Below, one piece after another: positions 9,789-22,971 of a stretch of 64,000 nt of DNA. The DNA is taken from contig CBDBDR010000017.1 in the NCBI GenBank assembly GCA_965203965.1, positions 864,911 through 928,910 on the forward strand. Reading direction: 5' to 3'. Made by a program: the position numbers and the translations under genes. Position 1 is the first letter of the stretch; each line of letters opens with the position of its first letter. The notes beneath the pieces were generated by a model. It was not told where the DNA came from and did not search any database. It was given only the letters and a program-made list of their open reading frames with translations. This DNA is from Thermodesulfobacteriota bacterium. GTDB lineage: Bacteria > Desulfobacterota_D > UBA1144 > Nemesobacterales > JAJCZQ01.

Positions 9789-10178
9789 AACTTGTCACCT
9801 CCTAAAATCTTGCTGGTCATTATACCATAATTAGTTAAAAGAGTCTAAAATATTTGCAGGATGACTGAAGCCAAACTGCCAAGCACTCCACCTCGCTGCC
9901 CTAAACCCCCGCTTAACCTTGTAAAAATACCCTGAGTGAAGTTTTGAGACAGCAGTTGCGTGGCACTATTTGCGATAGCTCTGAGGGTGCTTTTTGTAAT
10001 GTCTCCCAAATTCTTAAAATTGCCCGTAATGACATTAAAAAATAAGTCCGAGAATGTGTCGCGAATCCAAGACATCGTATAACTGCCCCATTGCGTCACC
10101 AATTTGTTCTGACGTTTGAGATAGCTCCTCAAAGCTCCCTTTAACCCCGTCCTCCTCTTTTTTCTGGTATAATGCCCA

Positions 10179-10420
10179 TTATGGAACATGTTTGTGATGT
10201 TTGCGGAGTTGACAAAAGAGAGGTTGAGCCATGCTGGGACGATATGTCCTGTTCTGGTTGCGGAAGATACAAATCCTTCTGCGAGAGACTGGGAGAAGGA
10301 GAGTGTATTACCGATGACATCTTTGACCTTGTCATCATGTCTCCTCTCTTGCTGATCGGTGGCTTTCTTGTTCTTTGCTTCATTCTTGCCATTCTCGGAG
10401 CCCTCTTTGGTTGGTCTTGA
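10179..10420 (+). CDS. small Cys-rich membrane protein (hypothetical; strand ambiguous)
   Basis: Zn-ribbon-like CDVCG...CSGCG...C...C followed by one TM helix. A TATAAT-like box (10166-10171) sits 7 nt before the ATG, suggesting a leaderless transcript. Two overlapping minus-strand ORFs (9845-10189, 10141-10443) are alternative readings. The block is richer in GC than its surroundings. Confidence 0.3.
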
Positions 10421-10453
10421 TACATTCCGACATTTATGAGCACTACGTCGGGT

Positions 10454-10530
10454 TTTTTGGCGGAATTATTGACGCTTTAAATGGGGATTAAACGGGATTT
10501 AAACGGTGTTTAACAAGCGATTATTTTTCC
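10454..10530. repeat. 76-bp repeat element, copy 1 (inverted partner at 55501-55577)
   Basis: Identical to the reverse complement of 55501-55577 apart from one C/T mismatch. The similarity has sharp boundaries. There are internal short direct repeats (TTAAACGG x2). Confidence 0.75.
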
Positions 10531-10836
10531 ACTTACAAAAAATGACCGAAAACAGAGATAGTGTTGACTGCCAACGAGTTCCTAACCCCCCTTTAACATT
10601 GACTTTTTTTCTTTAAAATGTCCATAAATTCAGAGGTCAGCGATAATAAGTATCAAAAACTACAAATATTAAAAAGAGTAATGATTACAGGAGTTATGAC
10701 AGAAAAAAGGTAAAATTTAAGCAATTTACTTAAATATAGCGAAAAACAGTTGATTTGACGGATAAAAAAGACAAAAAACTTTTCCAACTCAACACCCCGA
10801 GTAGCCTCGCAACGTCATATAAGAATCGGGTCTGGG

Positions 10837-12549
10837 TCACTCAATATGAGCAGATTTTTGCCTGTCCCACGTATCACTCGTAATTCCCTGCTCTCTCAAT
10901 TTGTTCTTTTGAGTTCTCTGTGTCCCAGTTTTGGGAAAGGATTTTACAAACCTGACATACCTTGGGATCATAAAAGCAGGCATATTGGGTTCCAGAAATT
11001 TTACTAATTGATCCGGGTCTATCTTTACTCCCTCTTTAGAAATAATCAATATCATTATTTCGTTTTCCGCATATTTACCTTCTTCCGACTTAATCCCTAT
11101 TGCTGCCGACTCCTCTACATCCGGGTGGGAGTTAACTATCTTTTCTACCTCAAAAGAACTTACATTCTCTCCTCTTCTCCTTATGTAATCTTTCACACGA
11201 TCAACAAAATATATATATCCGTCTTCATCCATTTTACCGGCGTCTCCAGTGTGAAACCAGAAATTCCTGAAATCCTGCACCGTCTTTTCGGGCATTTTGT
11301 GGTAATAGTGGAGCATTATGTTGGGGATTCTTGGTCTTACCACTATCTCACCTATATCGCCTCTTGAAACCTCAATATCCGTTTGGGGGTCAACGATCTT
11401 TATTTCGTAATTTGGAGCTTCTTTTCCACATGATCCTACCCTGAACGGCTCACCCGGTCGCATCCAGGTGCACTGCCCGATTTCCGTCAAACCATAGCCT
11501 TCCATAATTCGGATATTAAACCTATGCATAAACTCCTCTACAATATCATGTGGAGCCGGCGAACCTAAAACTAACTTTACCTTGTGCTGTGTCTCTTCTA
11601 AAACGGGTGGAGTGTTCCAGACAAAGTAGCATATAGTCCCGACTATATTAAACTTTGTCACCTCATGGTCTTTCATCCACTTCCAGAAGTTGCGGGCACT
11701 GTATTTTTCTTCCACAACTGCCTTGGCACCCCTTATGAGCGCCGGATAAACGGTCATTACCATTGCGTTTGAATGAAAAAGTGGCAGACAGGTAAAGCAA
11801 ACATCGTTTGGACCCACATCCATAATTTCAACGTAGTTTCTTGCACTACTGTAATCCGCTGCTGAAGGTCTCATAACACCTTTTGATCTTCCAGTAGTCC
11901 CCGACGTATACATAAGCCTCGCATAATCCATGAAAGTAACTTCAATTCTCGGATCCTTTGAACTTTGCCCGTTTATAAAATCCGTGTAAGAGATCATATT
12001 TTTAAATTTAAATCCATGCCTTTTAAATTTAGGCTTTCCATCCTTCGTCCAAACAATAATGTGTTTAACTTGTGGAATTTTGTCCGCTATCGGTGGCATC
12101 CTGTCAAGATATTGTTCGGCAATAAAAAGAACTTTTGCATCCGAGTTGTCAATAACATATTGAAGGAAGTCCATCACGTATGCCGTATTGATCGGCACCA
12201 TGACCGCCCCCATTTTCAGTATGCCAAACCATGTAATGACGTAGTCATCAGAGTTTGGCATATATACTGCAACCTTTTCCTGCTTTTCTATACCGAGACT
12301 GACCAAACCGTTTGCGATCTTGTTAGCAAGTTGGTTTGTCTTGTGGAAGCTAATGGGGTTTTTATACCCGAACTGTAGAAAGGGTTTCTTGCCAAACTCT
12401 CTTGCTTGATCTTTCAAAATGCGTGGAAGCACCCACTCTGCCATATCTTCTTTCAGATACCACTCAACGTCAAACTTGCCGTTTTCCCTCTTGTAACTGA
12501 CCGTGTGCATTAGGTCTTTTGGTTTGGTCTTGGAAATCTTTTTTGCCAT
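10837..12549 (-). CDS. fadD: long-chain fatty-acid--CoA ligase (AMP-binding)
   Basis: AMP-binding signature YTSGTTGRSKGVM, plus the downstream GYGLTE and GDxG motifs. 570 aa. Confidence 0.85.
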   Translation of the reverse strand: MAKKISKTKPKDLMHTVSYKRENGKFDVEWYLKEDMAEWVLPRILKDQAREFGKKPFLQFGYKNPISFHKTNQLANKIANGLVSLGIEKQEKVAVYMPNSDDYVITWFGILKMGAVMVPINTAYVMDFLQYVIDNSDAKVLFIAEQYLDRMPPIADKIPQVKHIIVWTKDGKPKFKRHGFKFKNMISYTDFINGQSSKDPRIEVTFMDYARLMYTSGTTGRSKGVMRPSAADYSSARNYVEIMDVGPNDVCFTCLPLFHSNAMVMTVYPALIRGAKAVVEEKYSARNFWKWMKDHEVTKFNIVGTICYFVWNTPPVLEETQHKVKLVLGSPAPHDIVEEFMHRFNIRIMEGYGLTEIGQCTWMRPGEPFRVGSCGKEAPNYEIKIVDPQTDIEVSRGDIGEIVVRPRIPNIMLHYYHKMPEKTVQDFRNFWFHTGDAGKMDEDGYIYFVDRVKDYIRRRGENVSSFEVEKIVNSHPDVEESAAIGIKSEEGKYAENEIMILIISKEGVKIDPDQLVKFLEPNMPAFMIPRYVRFVKSFPKTGTQRTQKNKLREQGITSDTWDRQKSAHIE

Positions 12550-12639
12550 TTATAACTATTTTCCTATTATTTTACAAAGACGTTCAAGGAGAATATTACT
12601 CAAACATACTGAATGGGTAAACTATATTTTATCCCGTTA

Positions 12640-13857
12640 TCAACTTCTCGGATCAAATATCTCCCTCGCTATAAGCATCTTATGAATTTCATTTGATCCC
12701 TCATATATCTCACCAACCTTTGAATCTCTGTATATCTCTTCAACCTTGTAGTTGGATCTGTCATGTCCCAGTTCAACCATTAAACCCAGCCCTCCGAATA
12801 TTTGCACGGCATCCCTCGCCATGTCAACTGATACTTTTGACCCGTAAAATTTTGCACCAGACGATTCCAATACCGGGAATTTATTTCCCCTGTCAATTGA
12901 GAGAGCGCTCTTTACGTATAGATTTCTGGCGTTCTCTATCTCTATTGCTCTCTCTGCCATCAAAAACTGCCAGTGCTGAAATTGACTTATCTTTTTTCCG
13001 AAAGCTCTTCTCTTATCCATAAACCCTACACACTCATCAAAAGCTGACTGTGCCATTCCAACACCACTTGCTCCGATACCGGTTCTCCCATACATTAAGG
13101 CACCCACGCAAACCTTCAAGCCATCTCCTTCCCTGCCAATCAGGTTTTCCTCGGGAACTTCAACGTTATTAAAATATATATCGTAGGTCAACTCACCTCT
13201 GTTACCCAGTTTTTTGTCTGGCTCACTCACGCTACATCCCTCAGAATTCAAGTCAATAACCAACATGCACGGTCTGCCACCAATGTTGACTAGGGTTGAG
13301 ACGTAATCTGCAACCCCTGCGTTTGTTATATATCTCTTCTGACCACTTATCACATATTTCTTTCCTCTCTTAATCCCTTTGGTTATCAATGAGTCTGTCC
13401 TCACATCGGAACCTGATTGAGGTTCGGTCATTGCAAATGCCCCAATTGAGCTACACTCCAGGATCGGCTTCAGATATTTCGTCCTAATATATTCAGAGCC
13501 GAAACTGAGGCTTTTTCCTGCGAGCAGAAAATGTGCATTCACGGATCCCGCAAAACTGGCGCTCACGTAAGCCAACTCCTCAGTAAGAGATACCGAGGCA
13601 CAAGCGGGATACTTTAATCCCAGCCCCCCATCTGACTTTCCGAACGGAACTCTGAAAAGACCTTTCTCTGCCATTGATCTGAAAAGCTCCCAAGGGAAAT
13701 TAGCGTTATCTTCGACTTTCTGTCCTATCTGATATGCTTGTGGTAACAACTCATCTTCAGCAAACCGCCTGTATTTTTCACGTAACTCTAACGTTTCATC
13801 GGGAATAAGCTGATCATTATAAAGTTTATTTTGCATCCTTGGAGGTAATTTTCTCAT
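12640..13857 (-). CDS. acyl-CoA dehydrogenase
   Basis: ACAD signatures (FAMTEPQSGSD, a C-terminal helical domain containing YEGSNEI). Confidence 0.85.
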   Translation of the reverse strand: MRKLPPRMQNKLYNDQLIPDETLELREKYRRFAEDELLPQAYQIGQKVEDNANFPWELFRSMAEKGLFRVPFGKSDGGLGLKYPACASVSLTEELAYVSASFAGSVNAHFLLAGKSLSFGSEYIRTKYLKPILECSSIGAFAMTEPQSGSDVRTDSLITKGIKRGKKYVISGQKRYITNAGVADYVSTLVNIGGRPCMLVIDLNSEGCSVSEPDKKLGNRGELTYDIYFNNVEVPEENLIGREGDGLKVCVGALMYGRTGIGASGVGMAQSAFDECVGFMDKRRAFGKKISQFQHWQFLMAERAIEIENARNLYVKSALSIDRGNKFPVLESSGAKFYGSKVSVDMARDAVQIFGGLGLMVELGHDRSNYKVEEIYRDSKVGEIYEGSNEIHKMLIAREIFDPRS

Positions 13858-13953
13858 TTGGTTTCTCCTTTTTCCGACTTTTACATGTCTTAAAAGATTT
13901 GATTACACACATATTTTACGGCTAATATTAGAACAAACAACCAATATGATATT

Positions 13954-14958
13954 ATGCCAAAATTAGCGTTTGTTCTTCCAAATTGGGCAACGATCAACAA
14001 AGAGGGGATTATTTTCTACTCACATCTTGCTGAGGAACTTGGTTACGATTCCATCTGGGTTCCCGAGACTTGGGGCAATGATGCTTTTACCCTGCTGACT
14101 ACCATTGCTCACAACACAAAGACCTTGAAATTTGGAACAGGAATCACATCGATTTACAGCAGAAGTCCCGCTATAATGGCACAGACTATATCAACCATTG
14201 ATTCCATATCGGGTGGTAGAGCTATTTTAGGACTTGGTGCAAGCACGGGAATAGTGAATGAAAACTGGCATGGGATCAAACATGAAAAACCCGTTCAAAG
14301 AACCAGAGAATACGTTGAGATCATAAGACTAATACTGAGCGGTAAACGCGTAAATTACAAAGGTGAAATATTCAATCTAAAAAACTTCAGTCTACAATCC
14401 GAACCTTTGAGGAGAAATATTCCTATCTATCTTGCTTCACTCGGATCCAGAAATTTGCAATTGACAGGAGAAATAGCTGATGGATGGCTGCCTTTCCTTT
14501 GTTCTGTCAGCCATTTAATAGAGCTGAAGAACGAGGTGGAAAAAGCATCCGTAACCGCAGGGCGGACTACAAATAATATTTCAATATGTCCTTATGTCCC
14601 TACGCTATTATCCGATGAAACGGGACAGGCTGATCATAAACTGAAAGAGTTCATATCATTTTACGTGGGAGCAATGGGACCTTTTTACAGCAGGCTGATA
14701 GCCAGCTACGGGTTTGAGGATGAAGCAAATAGCATCAGGGACGCATGGAGCAGAAAAGATACGGCAGGTGCTACTGAGAGTGTCAGCAACAGGCTCTTGG
14801 ATGCAGTATCTGTAAACGGCTCTCGCAAATATGCACTGGGCAAGTTGAGAGCATTTCGATCCGAAACCGATTGTCCTGTTCTAATATTCCCCTTCAAAGC
14901 CTCTCGTGAACAGGTAGTGGAAACACTAAAGAAACTTGCACCCAACGGTATGTATTGA
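13954..14958 (+). CDS. LLM-class (luciferase-like) flavin-dependent oxidoreductase
   Basis: TIM-barrel LLM N-terminus (YDSIWVPETWGNDAF...LKFGTGITSIYSRSP). 334 aa. Confidence 0.75.
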   Translation: MPKLAFVLPNWATINKEGIIFYSHLAEELGYDSIWVPETWGNDAFTLLTTIAHNTKTLKFGTGITSIYSRSPAIMAQTISTIDSISGGRAILGLGASTGIVNENWHGIKHEKPVQRTREYVEIIRLILSGKRVNYKGEIFNLKNFSLQSEPLRRNIPIYLASLGSRNLQLTGEIADGWLPFLCSVSHLIELKNEVEKASVTAGRTTNNISICPYVPTLLSDETGQADHKLKEFISFYVGAMGPFYSRLIASYGFEDEANSIRDAWSRKDTAGATESVSNRLLDAVSVNGSRKYALGKLRAFRSETDCPVLIFPFKASREQVVETLKKLAPNGMY

Positions 14959-14960
14959 CT

Positions 14961-15704
14961 TTAATCCCCGTTTTGATCTGTTTTTTTACCGAACATAAGG
15001 GCAATGTATATACCGATCTCATAAAAAACAAGTAATGGTATCAGCATAAACATCATTGATATGGCGTCAGTTGTCGGGGTGATCAGTGCGGCGGCAACGG
15101 CACTAAGAAGCACGGCATACTTTCTCTGCTTTTTTAGCCAGTTGCTTGTAACAAGCCCCATTCTTGCGAGGATAAATACCAAAATGGGAGACTCAAAAAC
15201 CAGTCCGAAACCTATCATAAGAGAGAGCAGGAACGAAAGACTCTCTTTTATTGTGGGAAAAGCCTTTATATACTCGGTTGAATACTCTCCGAGCAAAAAG
15301 CCGAACCCTTTTGGAGCAACAACGTAATAGCAAAACATCGCACCACCAAGAAAAAACGCCGTGCCAAACAAGAGAAAAGGAAGCAATACTCTCTTTTCTC
15401 TCCTGTATAAAGCCGGGGAAATAAAGCTCCATAATTGATAAAGAATAACGGGAAAGGAAGCCGTAAATGCGGTAAAGATCGAGACTTTCAGATAAGTCAT
15501 AAACCCCTCAGCAGGCTTTATAAATATCATTGAACTACCACTTGGCAGACTCTCTATCACGGGGATCATAAGGAAATTGAATATCTCTTTTGAAAAAAAG
15601 TAGGAGGGTATAAAAAATACAAAGACAGTTATAAGTACATAAAATATCCTTTTCCTGAGTTCTTGAACGTGACCCAGAAAGTTCATTGATCCTTTCTCAT
15701 CCAT
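14961..15704 (-). CDS. tatC: twin-arginine translocase subunit TatC
   Basis: Six-TM protein with the TatC N-terminal motif (HVQELRKRIFYVLI). The start was moved to the internal MDEK. Confidence 0.85.
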   Translation of the reverse strand: MDEKGSMNFLGHVQELRKRIFYVLITVFVFFIPSYFFSKEIFNFLMIPVIESLPSGSSMIFIKPAEGFMTYLKVSIFTAFTASFPVILYQLWSFISPALYRREKRVLLPFLLFGTAFFLGGAMFCYYVVAPKGFGFLLGEYSTEYIKAFPTIKESLSFLLSLMIGFGLVFESPILVFILARMGLVTSNWLKKQRKYAVLLSAVAAALITPTTDAISMMFMLIPLLVFYEIGIYIALMFGKKTDQNGD

Positions 15705-15785
15705 GATTTTAAATCTTAACCAAACCGCAATTTTCAAACAATTTAACAGTTTGAACCATAACCGTCTTGTGATTGACAAAAACAG

Positions 15786-17428
15786 ATGCTCAAATATATT
15801 TTACATCCTTACTATACCCACCATTTTTGGAGAAATAATTTGAGAATACTAGCTACGGATGGACTTTCTGCGGAAGGGGAAAAGATTATCAGGTCAACAG
15901 AGGGAATTGATATTATCGTAAACAAGAGAACAGAGGTTGCAACACTGCTGAAAGAAGTAAAGAATTATCAGGGATTGATCATAAGGAGCGCAACAAAAGT
16001 TACAAAAGAAGTAATAGACGCTGCAGAGGGAAATCTGAAGGTAATAGGAAGGGCAGGCATCGGGGTAGATAACATTGACGTAGAAGCAGCTACAAGAAAC
16101 GGCATAGTCGTTATGAACACTCCGGAGGCAAACGCAATCACAACGGCAGAGCATAGCCTTGCACTTCTTTTTTCACTTGCGAGGAATATACCACAGGCAC
16201 ATCACTCCCTTGCCATAGGCAAGTGGGAAAGAAACAAATACAAGGGAGTTGAACTTTATGGAAAAACCATCGGTTTTATAGGTTTGGGCAAGATTGGGAA
16301 ATTAGTTGCCGAACGTTCCATAGGAATAAAGATGAAAGCCATCGCTTATGACCCCTTTTTAACACGCGACGCCGTTGCAAAACTGGGGGTTGAACTTGTC
16401 TCATTTGACGAGCTACTTGAAAGATCAGACATAATAAGCATACACACACCCTTTACGAAGGAAACAAAAGATCTAATAAACTCAGAAACCATCAGCAAAA
16501 TGAAGCAAGGTGTCCTGTTGATCAACTGTGCGAGGGGAGGCATTGTCAATGAGGAAGATCTGGCAAAAGCCTTAAAGGAAGGCAGGATCGCAGGAGCCGG
16601 CATGGATGTTTACTCTAGCGAACCAATTGAAAGTGACAATCCTTTACTTAGTGTTGACGAAGACATAGTCCACACTCCCCACTTAGGCGCATCAACCGAA
16701 GAAGCACAGAGAAAAGTCGGGGTTGCCATTGCTGAGCAAATTGTTGATTTTGCAACGAACGGAGTGGTAAGAAACGCGGTAAATATGCCTTCTTTAGACC
16801 TTGAACAGCTAAAATCTGCAAAGCCATATTTAAGTCTTGCCGAAAAGATCGGGAGCCTGCACGGACAAATATGCAAGGAAGCTGTCAAATATATAAGCAT
16901 TGAATTTGCCGGAGAGGTCGCAAAACTGAACACTGAATCTCTTACCATCGCAGCTCTTAAAGGTTTTCTCACACCCATAATGGACATGGTGGTTACATAC
17001 GTTAATGCCCCGATCATAGCTAAAGAGCGCAGTATTAAGGTTGTGGAATCAAAAACCGAAACCACAAATGAGTTCACAAACCTGATAAAGATCACGGTAA
17101 CAAGTTCAGATAAAACAACGGAAATATCCGGGACGATATTTGGAAAGGATGAACCAAGATTTGTTCGTCTTAATGGCATACCAATTGACGTAAAACCCCA
17201 GGGCTACCTGCTCTACAGTGAAAATTATGACAAGCCCGGGTTCATAGGTTCAATGACCTCCTTACTTGGAGAAAACGGAGTAAATATCGGACTTATGCAC
17301 CTTGGTAGGGAGAAGATCGGGGGAAGAGCCATTGTATTTACAAACGTTGATTCTCCCATATCGGAGGAGCTTATGAACAAAATAGGCGAACTCCCATTTA
17401 TGATCTCCTTAACACAGGTCAATTTTAA

Positions 17429-17432
<4 letters not shown>
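15786..17432 (+). CDS. serA: D-3-phosphoglycerate dehydrogenase (with ASB/ACT domains)
   Basis: 2-hydroxyacid dehydrogenase fold (GKTIGFIGLGKIG, catalytic HTPHLGAST) plus a long C-terminal regulatory extension. 548 aa. The exact start is uncertain. Confidence 0.9.
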
Positions 17433-19950
<2,518 letters not shown>

Positions 19951-19996
19951 CCCTTTTTTGTAGCTCTTTTTCCCCCAAACAGAACATAAGTAAAGT

Positions 19997-20965
19997 CTAA
20001 GTAAGTTTTTCATAAGCTTCAATTATTTCCCTCACCAGCGGATGCCTCACAACGTCATTCTTGTTAAAATATACAAGATCAATCCCTCTGAGATTAGACA
20101 GCAGGGATTCAGCTTCCATCAACCCTGAATTTTTGCCTTCTGGTAGATCAATCTGGGTTTTATCACCGGTTATAACTGTCTTTGAGCTGAAACCGAGCCT
20201 TGTTAAAAACATCTTCATCTGGTTTGAAGTAGTATTTTGAGCTTCATCAAGAATAACAAATGCATCGTTCAGTGTTCTTCCCCTCATAAACGCGAGAGGG
20301 ATGATCTCTATAGCGCCTTTTTCCACCAGATTTGTTACCTTTTCCATATCCATCATTTCATAAATAGCATCGAACAGAGGTGTCAGGTATGGGTCAACTT
20401 TTTGAGAAAGATCACCCGGCAAAAAACCCAGCTTTTCACCAGCCTCAACGGCGGGTCTCGCAAGAACTATCCTGCTGACCTTTTTGTTCAGAAAAGCAGA
20501 AACGGCCATGGACACGGCAAGGTAGGTTTTGCCCGTTCCAGCGGGACCAATACCGAAAACAATGTCGTTCTTTCTTATTGCGTCAATATAGATCTTTTGA
20601 TTAATGCTTTTGGGAGTTATCAGTTTCTTTCGTATGGAAACACAAACTGTGTCCAGAAATATCTCTTCCAGCGTGGTCTTTTCTTCTTTTAATATGCGGG
20701 ATGCAAGTTCTATATCACACGGTTCAAGATTGTAGCCTTTTTCCACGAGTGCATGGAGCGATTCTATCAGCTTTCCCGTTTCTTCAACGCCATCGCGGGG
20801 ACCTTTTAGGACAAATTGAGTTCCCCGTGAGTGGATCTTAACACCATAGACATTTTCTATCTCCTTTAAATTCCCGCTCAGTTTGCCGTATAAATATTTC
20901 ACAAAACCCGGATCATCAATTTCTATGTATTTGGTTGACTCATCGGTTTGCGGGAACTTCTCCAT
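19997..20965 (-). CDS. phoH: PhoH-family ATPase
   Basis: Walker A GPAGTGKTYLAV. PhoH-like fold, 322 aa. Confidence 0.9.
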   Translation of the reverse strand: MEKFPQTDESTKYIEIDDPGFVKYLYGKLSGNLKEIENVYGVKIHSRGTQFVLKGPRDGVEETGKLIESLHALVEKGYNLEPCDIELASRILKEEKTTLEEIFLDTVCVSIRKKLITPKSINQKIYIDAIRKNDIVFGIGPAGTGKTYLAVSMAVSAFLNKKVSRIVLARPAVEAGEKLGFLPGDLSQKVDPYLTPLFDAIYEMMDMEKVTNLVEKGAIEIIPLAFMRGRTLNDAFVILDEAQNTTSNQMKMFLTRLGFSSKTVITGDKTQIDLPEGKNSGLMEAESLLSNLRGIDLVYFNKNDVVRHPLVREIIEAYEKLT

Positions 20966-20989
20966 ACAAGTATGTAATTATAACCTCTG

Positions 20990-21490
20990 TTGAATATTTT
21001 TCATTTGATTGCCAATGTCACTCTATTATGTATCTTAACGATCTGTAAACTGGGCTTTAATGGAGGAGTAATGGAGGAATACTGGGGAGCAACAAAGGAA
21101 AACATAATTGAGAAGTTGGGCAAGCCCCACGAAACAAAAAATAATGAGCATAGCGGACTTGAGGAATTGACTTACGTCTTTCCTCCTAAAGCGGACTTTC
21201 AACCTCAAAAGGAAGTAACCTACGGTTTTCACAATAACAGCCTCGTGATAATATCTACCGGCTATGATTTTAACGAAGGGCTTTTCAAGCAGTATGAGCT
21301 ATACCATAAATCCCTTGAGGACAACTGGAACAAAAGGCTGGAAACCGAGCCCGTAAAGAACACGAAGGATGAAGAGGGAAATATAGTTACGATATGGAAA
21401 GCTAATAATTCAGAGATAGTGCTGTTTTTTAACAACAACCCCGAGAGCCCTGATCTTGTGGTTATTCAGAATTACAAGCCGTCAGATTGA
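20990..21490 (+). CDS. hypothetical secreted protein
   Basis: N-terminal hydrophobic segment. No recognisable domain. Confidence 0.35.
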   Translation: MNIFHLIANVTLLCILTICKLGFNGGVMEEYWGATKENIIEKLGKPHETKNNEHSGLEELTYVFPPKADFQPQKEVTYGFHNNSLVIISTGYDFNEGLFKQYELYHKSLEDNWNKRLETEPVKNTKDEEGNIVTIWKANNSEIVLFFNNNPESPDLVVIQNYKPSD

Positions 21491-21536
21491 TAATTTAGCT
21501 TCAGATAACGTGTTGATTGTGTCCACGTTCAATCAT

Positions 21537-21610
<74 letters not shown>

Positions 21611-21687
21611 TTCTCAAAAGAACAGCCATTGCTGTTCCTTATTGCATTCTCTTCTGATCTACCTAACCCACAGATCTTTTTTCATAC

Positions 21688-21730
21688 AAAAAAAGAGGGT
21701 GGTTGAAATTCAACCACCCTCTTCTAAAAT
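21688..21730 (-). terminator. rho-independent terminator downstream of the pilin gene
   Basis: Minus-strand stem GAGGGTGGTTGAA/TTCAACCACCCTC followed by a T7 run. Confidence 0.55.
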
Positions 21731-21754
21731 ACTAATACAATTTTCTATCAGGTT

Positions 21755-22303
21755 TTATCGACAACCATCTGAAGCACTATCAACTACAGTAATGTCAAAA
21801 TTATCTCCCGCCGCTGAACACCTGATAGATCCATCCGTGTATACAGCCATAGCATGCTTTCCATGTTTAGCAGTCGCAGGGGCACCCTCCCATCCAAATT
21901 CTTGAGGGAAAGCTCCAGTATCCTGTGGATCTACAGTGAAGCAGTAATTCGCCTTAGGGGTGCAAGTAGATGAGGTAGGACGAGTTCCAGTTGCTTTGTC
22001 TGGACCTGCAGTGGCTTTCTCAATACTTTTATCAACCAACCTATTCGCATCTGATGATAAAACATCCATCCGGTTTGTATAATCCCTAACGTTATTATTG
22101 TCACTATCTTGCTCATAAAAAGTAGTTTCTGCGTCACGGATCGTTGACATTACTTTCTTCGCACTTGCCTCATTGGCAGACGACCTTGCACCAAGCAGGT
22201 TTGGAACTGCTATTGCAATAAGCACCCCTAAAATTGCAGCCACAACAAGCAGCTCAATCAGGGTAAAACCTTTACTGCGTTTACTTCTAACTAATTTTAC
22301 CAT
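21755..22303 (-). CDS. pilA: type IV pilin (prepilin with N-terminal methylation motif)
   Basis: Leader MVKLVRSKRSKG followed by FTLIELLVV (G|F cleavage site, E+5). C-terminal Cys pair. Confidence 0.8.
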   Translation of the reverse strand: MVKLVRSKRSKGFTLIELLVVAAILGVLIAIAVPNLLGARSSANEASAKKVMSTIRDAETTFYEQDSDNNNVRDYTNRMDVLSSDANRLVDKSIEKATAGPDKATGTRPTSSTCTPKANYCFTVDPQDTGAFPQEFGWEGAPATAKHGKHAMAVYTDGSIRCSAAGDNFDITVVDSASDGCR

Positions 22304-22392
22304 AGTAAAATAGCCTCCCTATATAAAGATATTTTTTGGTATGAATGAATTTCAGAAAAACTTTTAACCTATTGAAACTGGATGTCAAGGTT

Positions 22393-22920
22393 CTATGCGT
22401 CAGCAGTAGACCCCACCCCACCACCTAACCTCTGGTCAAGAATAAGAATGGCAGCACTGTTGTCGCCCGCTAATTTAAGGCTCTCAACCACGTCACTGGC
22501 ACTCTTTTCCTCTTCAACCTGCTCCTGTATGAACCAATGAAGCTCTACCGATGCCGCATGGTCATTTTCCGACAAAGAAAGCTCATATAGTTTGTTTATC
22601 ATTGTCGTAACCTCTTTTTCATGGTCAAGGACTTCCTGAAAAACATCCTGCAACGAGCCAAACTCGGAAGGAGGCTGATCAATGGTATCCAAAACCACCC
22701 TGCCGTCCCTGTCCAACAGAAAATCAAATAGCCGCATCGCATGCGTAAGCTCTTCCTCACTTTGCTTCCTCAGCCAACTTGCAAACCCTGAAAAGTTCAT
22801 TGATTCACAGTAAGCCGACATGGACAGGTAAAGATAGGAAGAGTAATACTCATTTCTTATCTGTTCATTAATAGCTGATCGTAGATTATCAGAGATCATT
22901 TCTTTCACCTCACGAGTCAA
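22393..22920 (-). CDS. ftnA: ferritin (non-heme, ferritin-like diiron)
   Basis: Ferritin helix motifs (EQIRNEYYSSYLYLSMSAY...EEELTHAMRLFDFL...DHEKEVT). Confidence 0.75.
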   Translation of the reverse strand: MTREVKEMISDNLRSAINEQIRNEYYSSYLYLSMSAYCESMNFSGFASWLRKQSEEELTHAMRLFDFLLDRDGRVVLDTIDQPPSEFGSLQDVFQEVLDHEKEVTTMINKLYELSLSENDHAASVELHWFIQEQVEEEKSASDVVESLKLAGDNSAAILILDQRLGGGVGSTADA

Positions 22921-22971
22921 TTATTATATCATACAAGTGCTTACATACAATGCAACTCAACAGCAGTCTCA

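Noticed and set aside
11008-12378. Plus-strand ORFs of 119 and 137 aa
   Set aside because: They are antisense shadows inside the fadD-like AMP-binding gene.
21642-21905. 87-aa plus-strand ORF downstream of tRNA-Arg
   Set aside because: It overlaps the pilin terminator hairpin and the 3' end of the pilin gene on the opposite strand, and has no RBS or domain.
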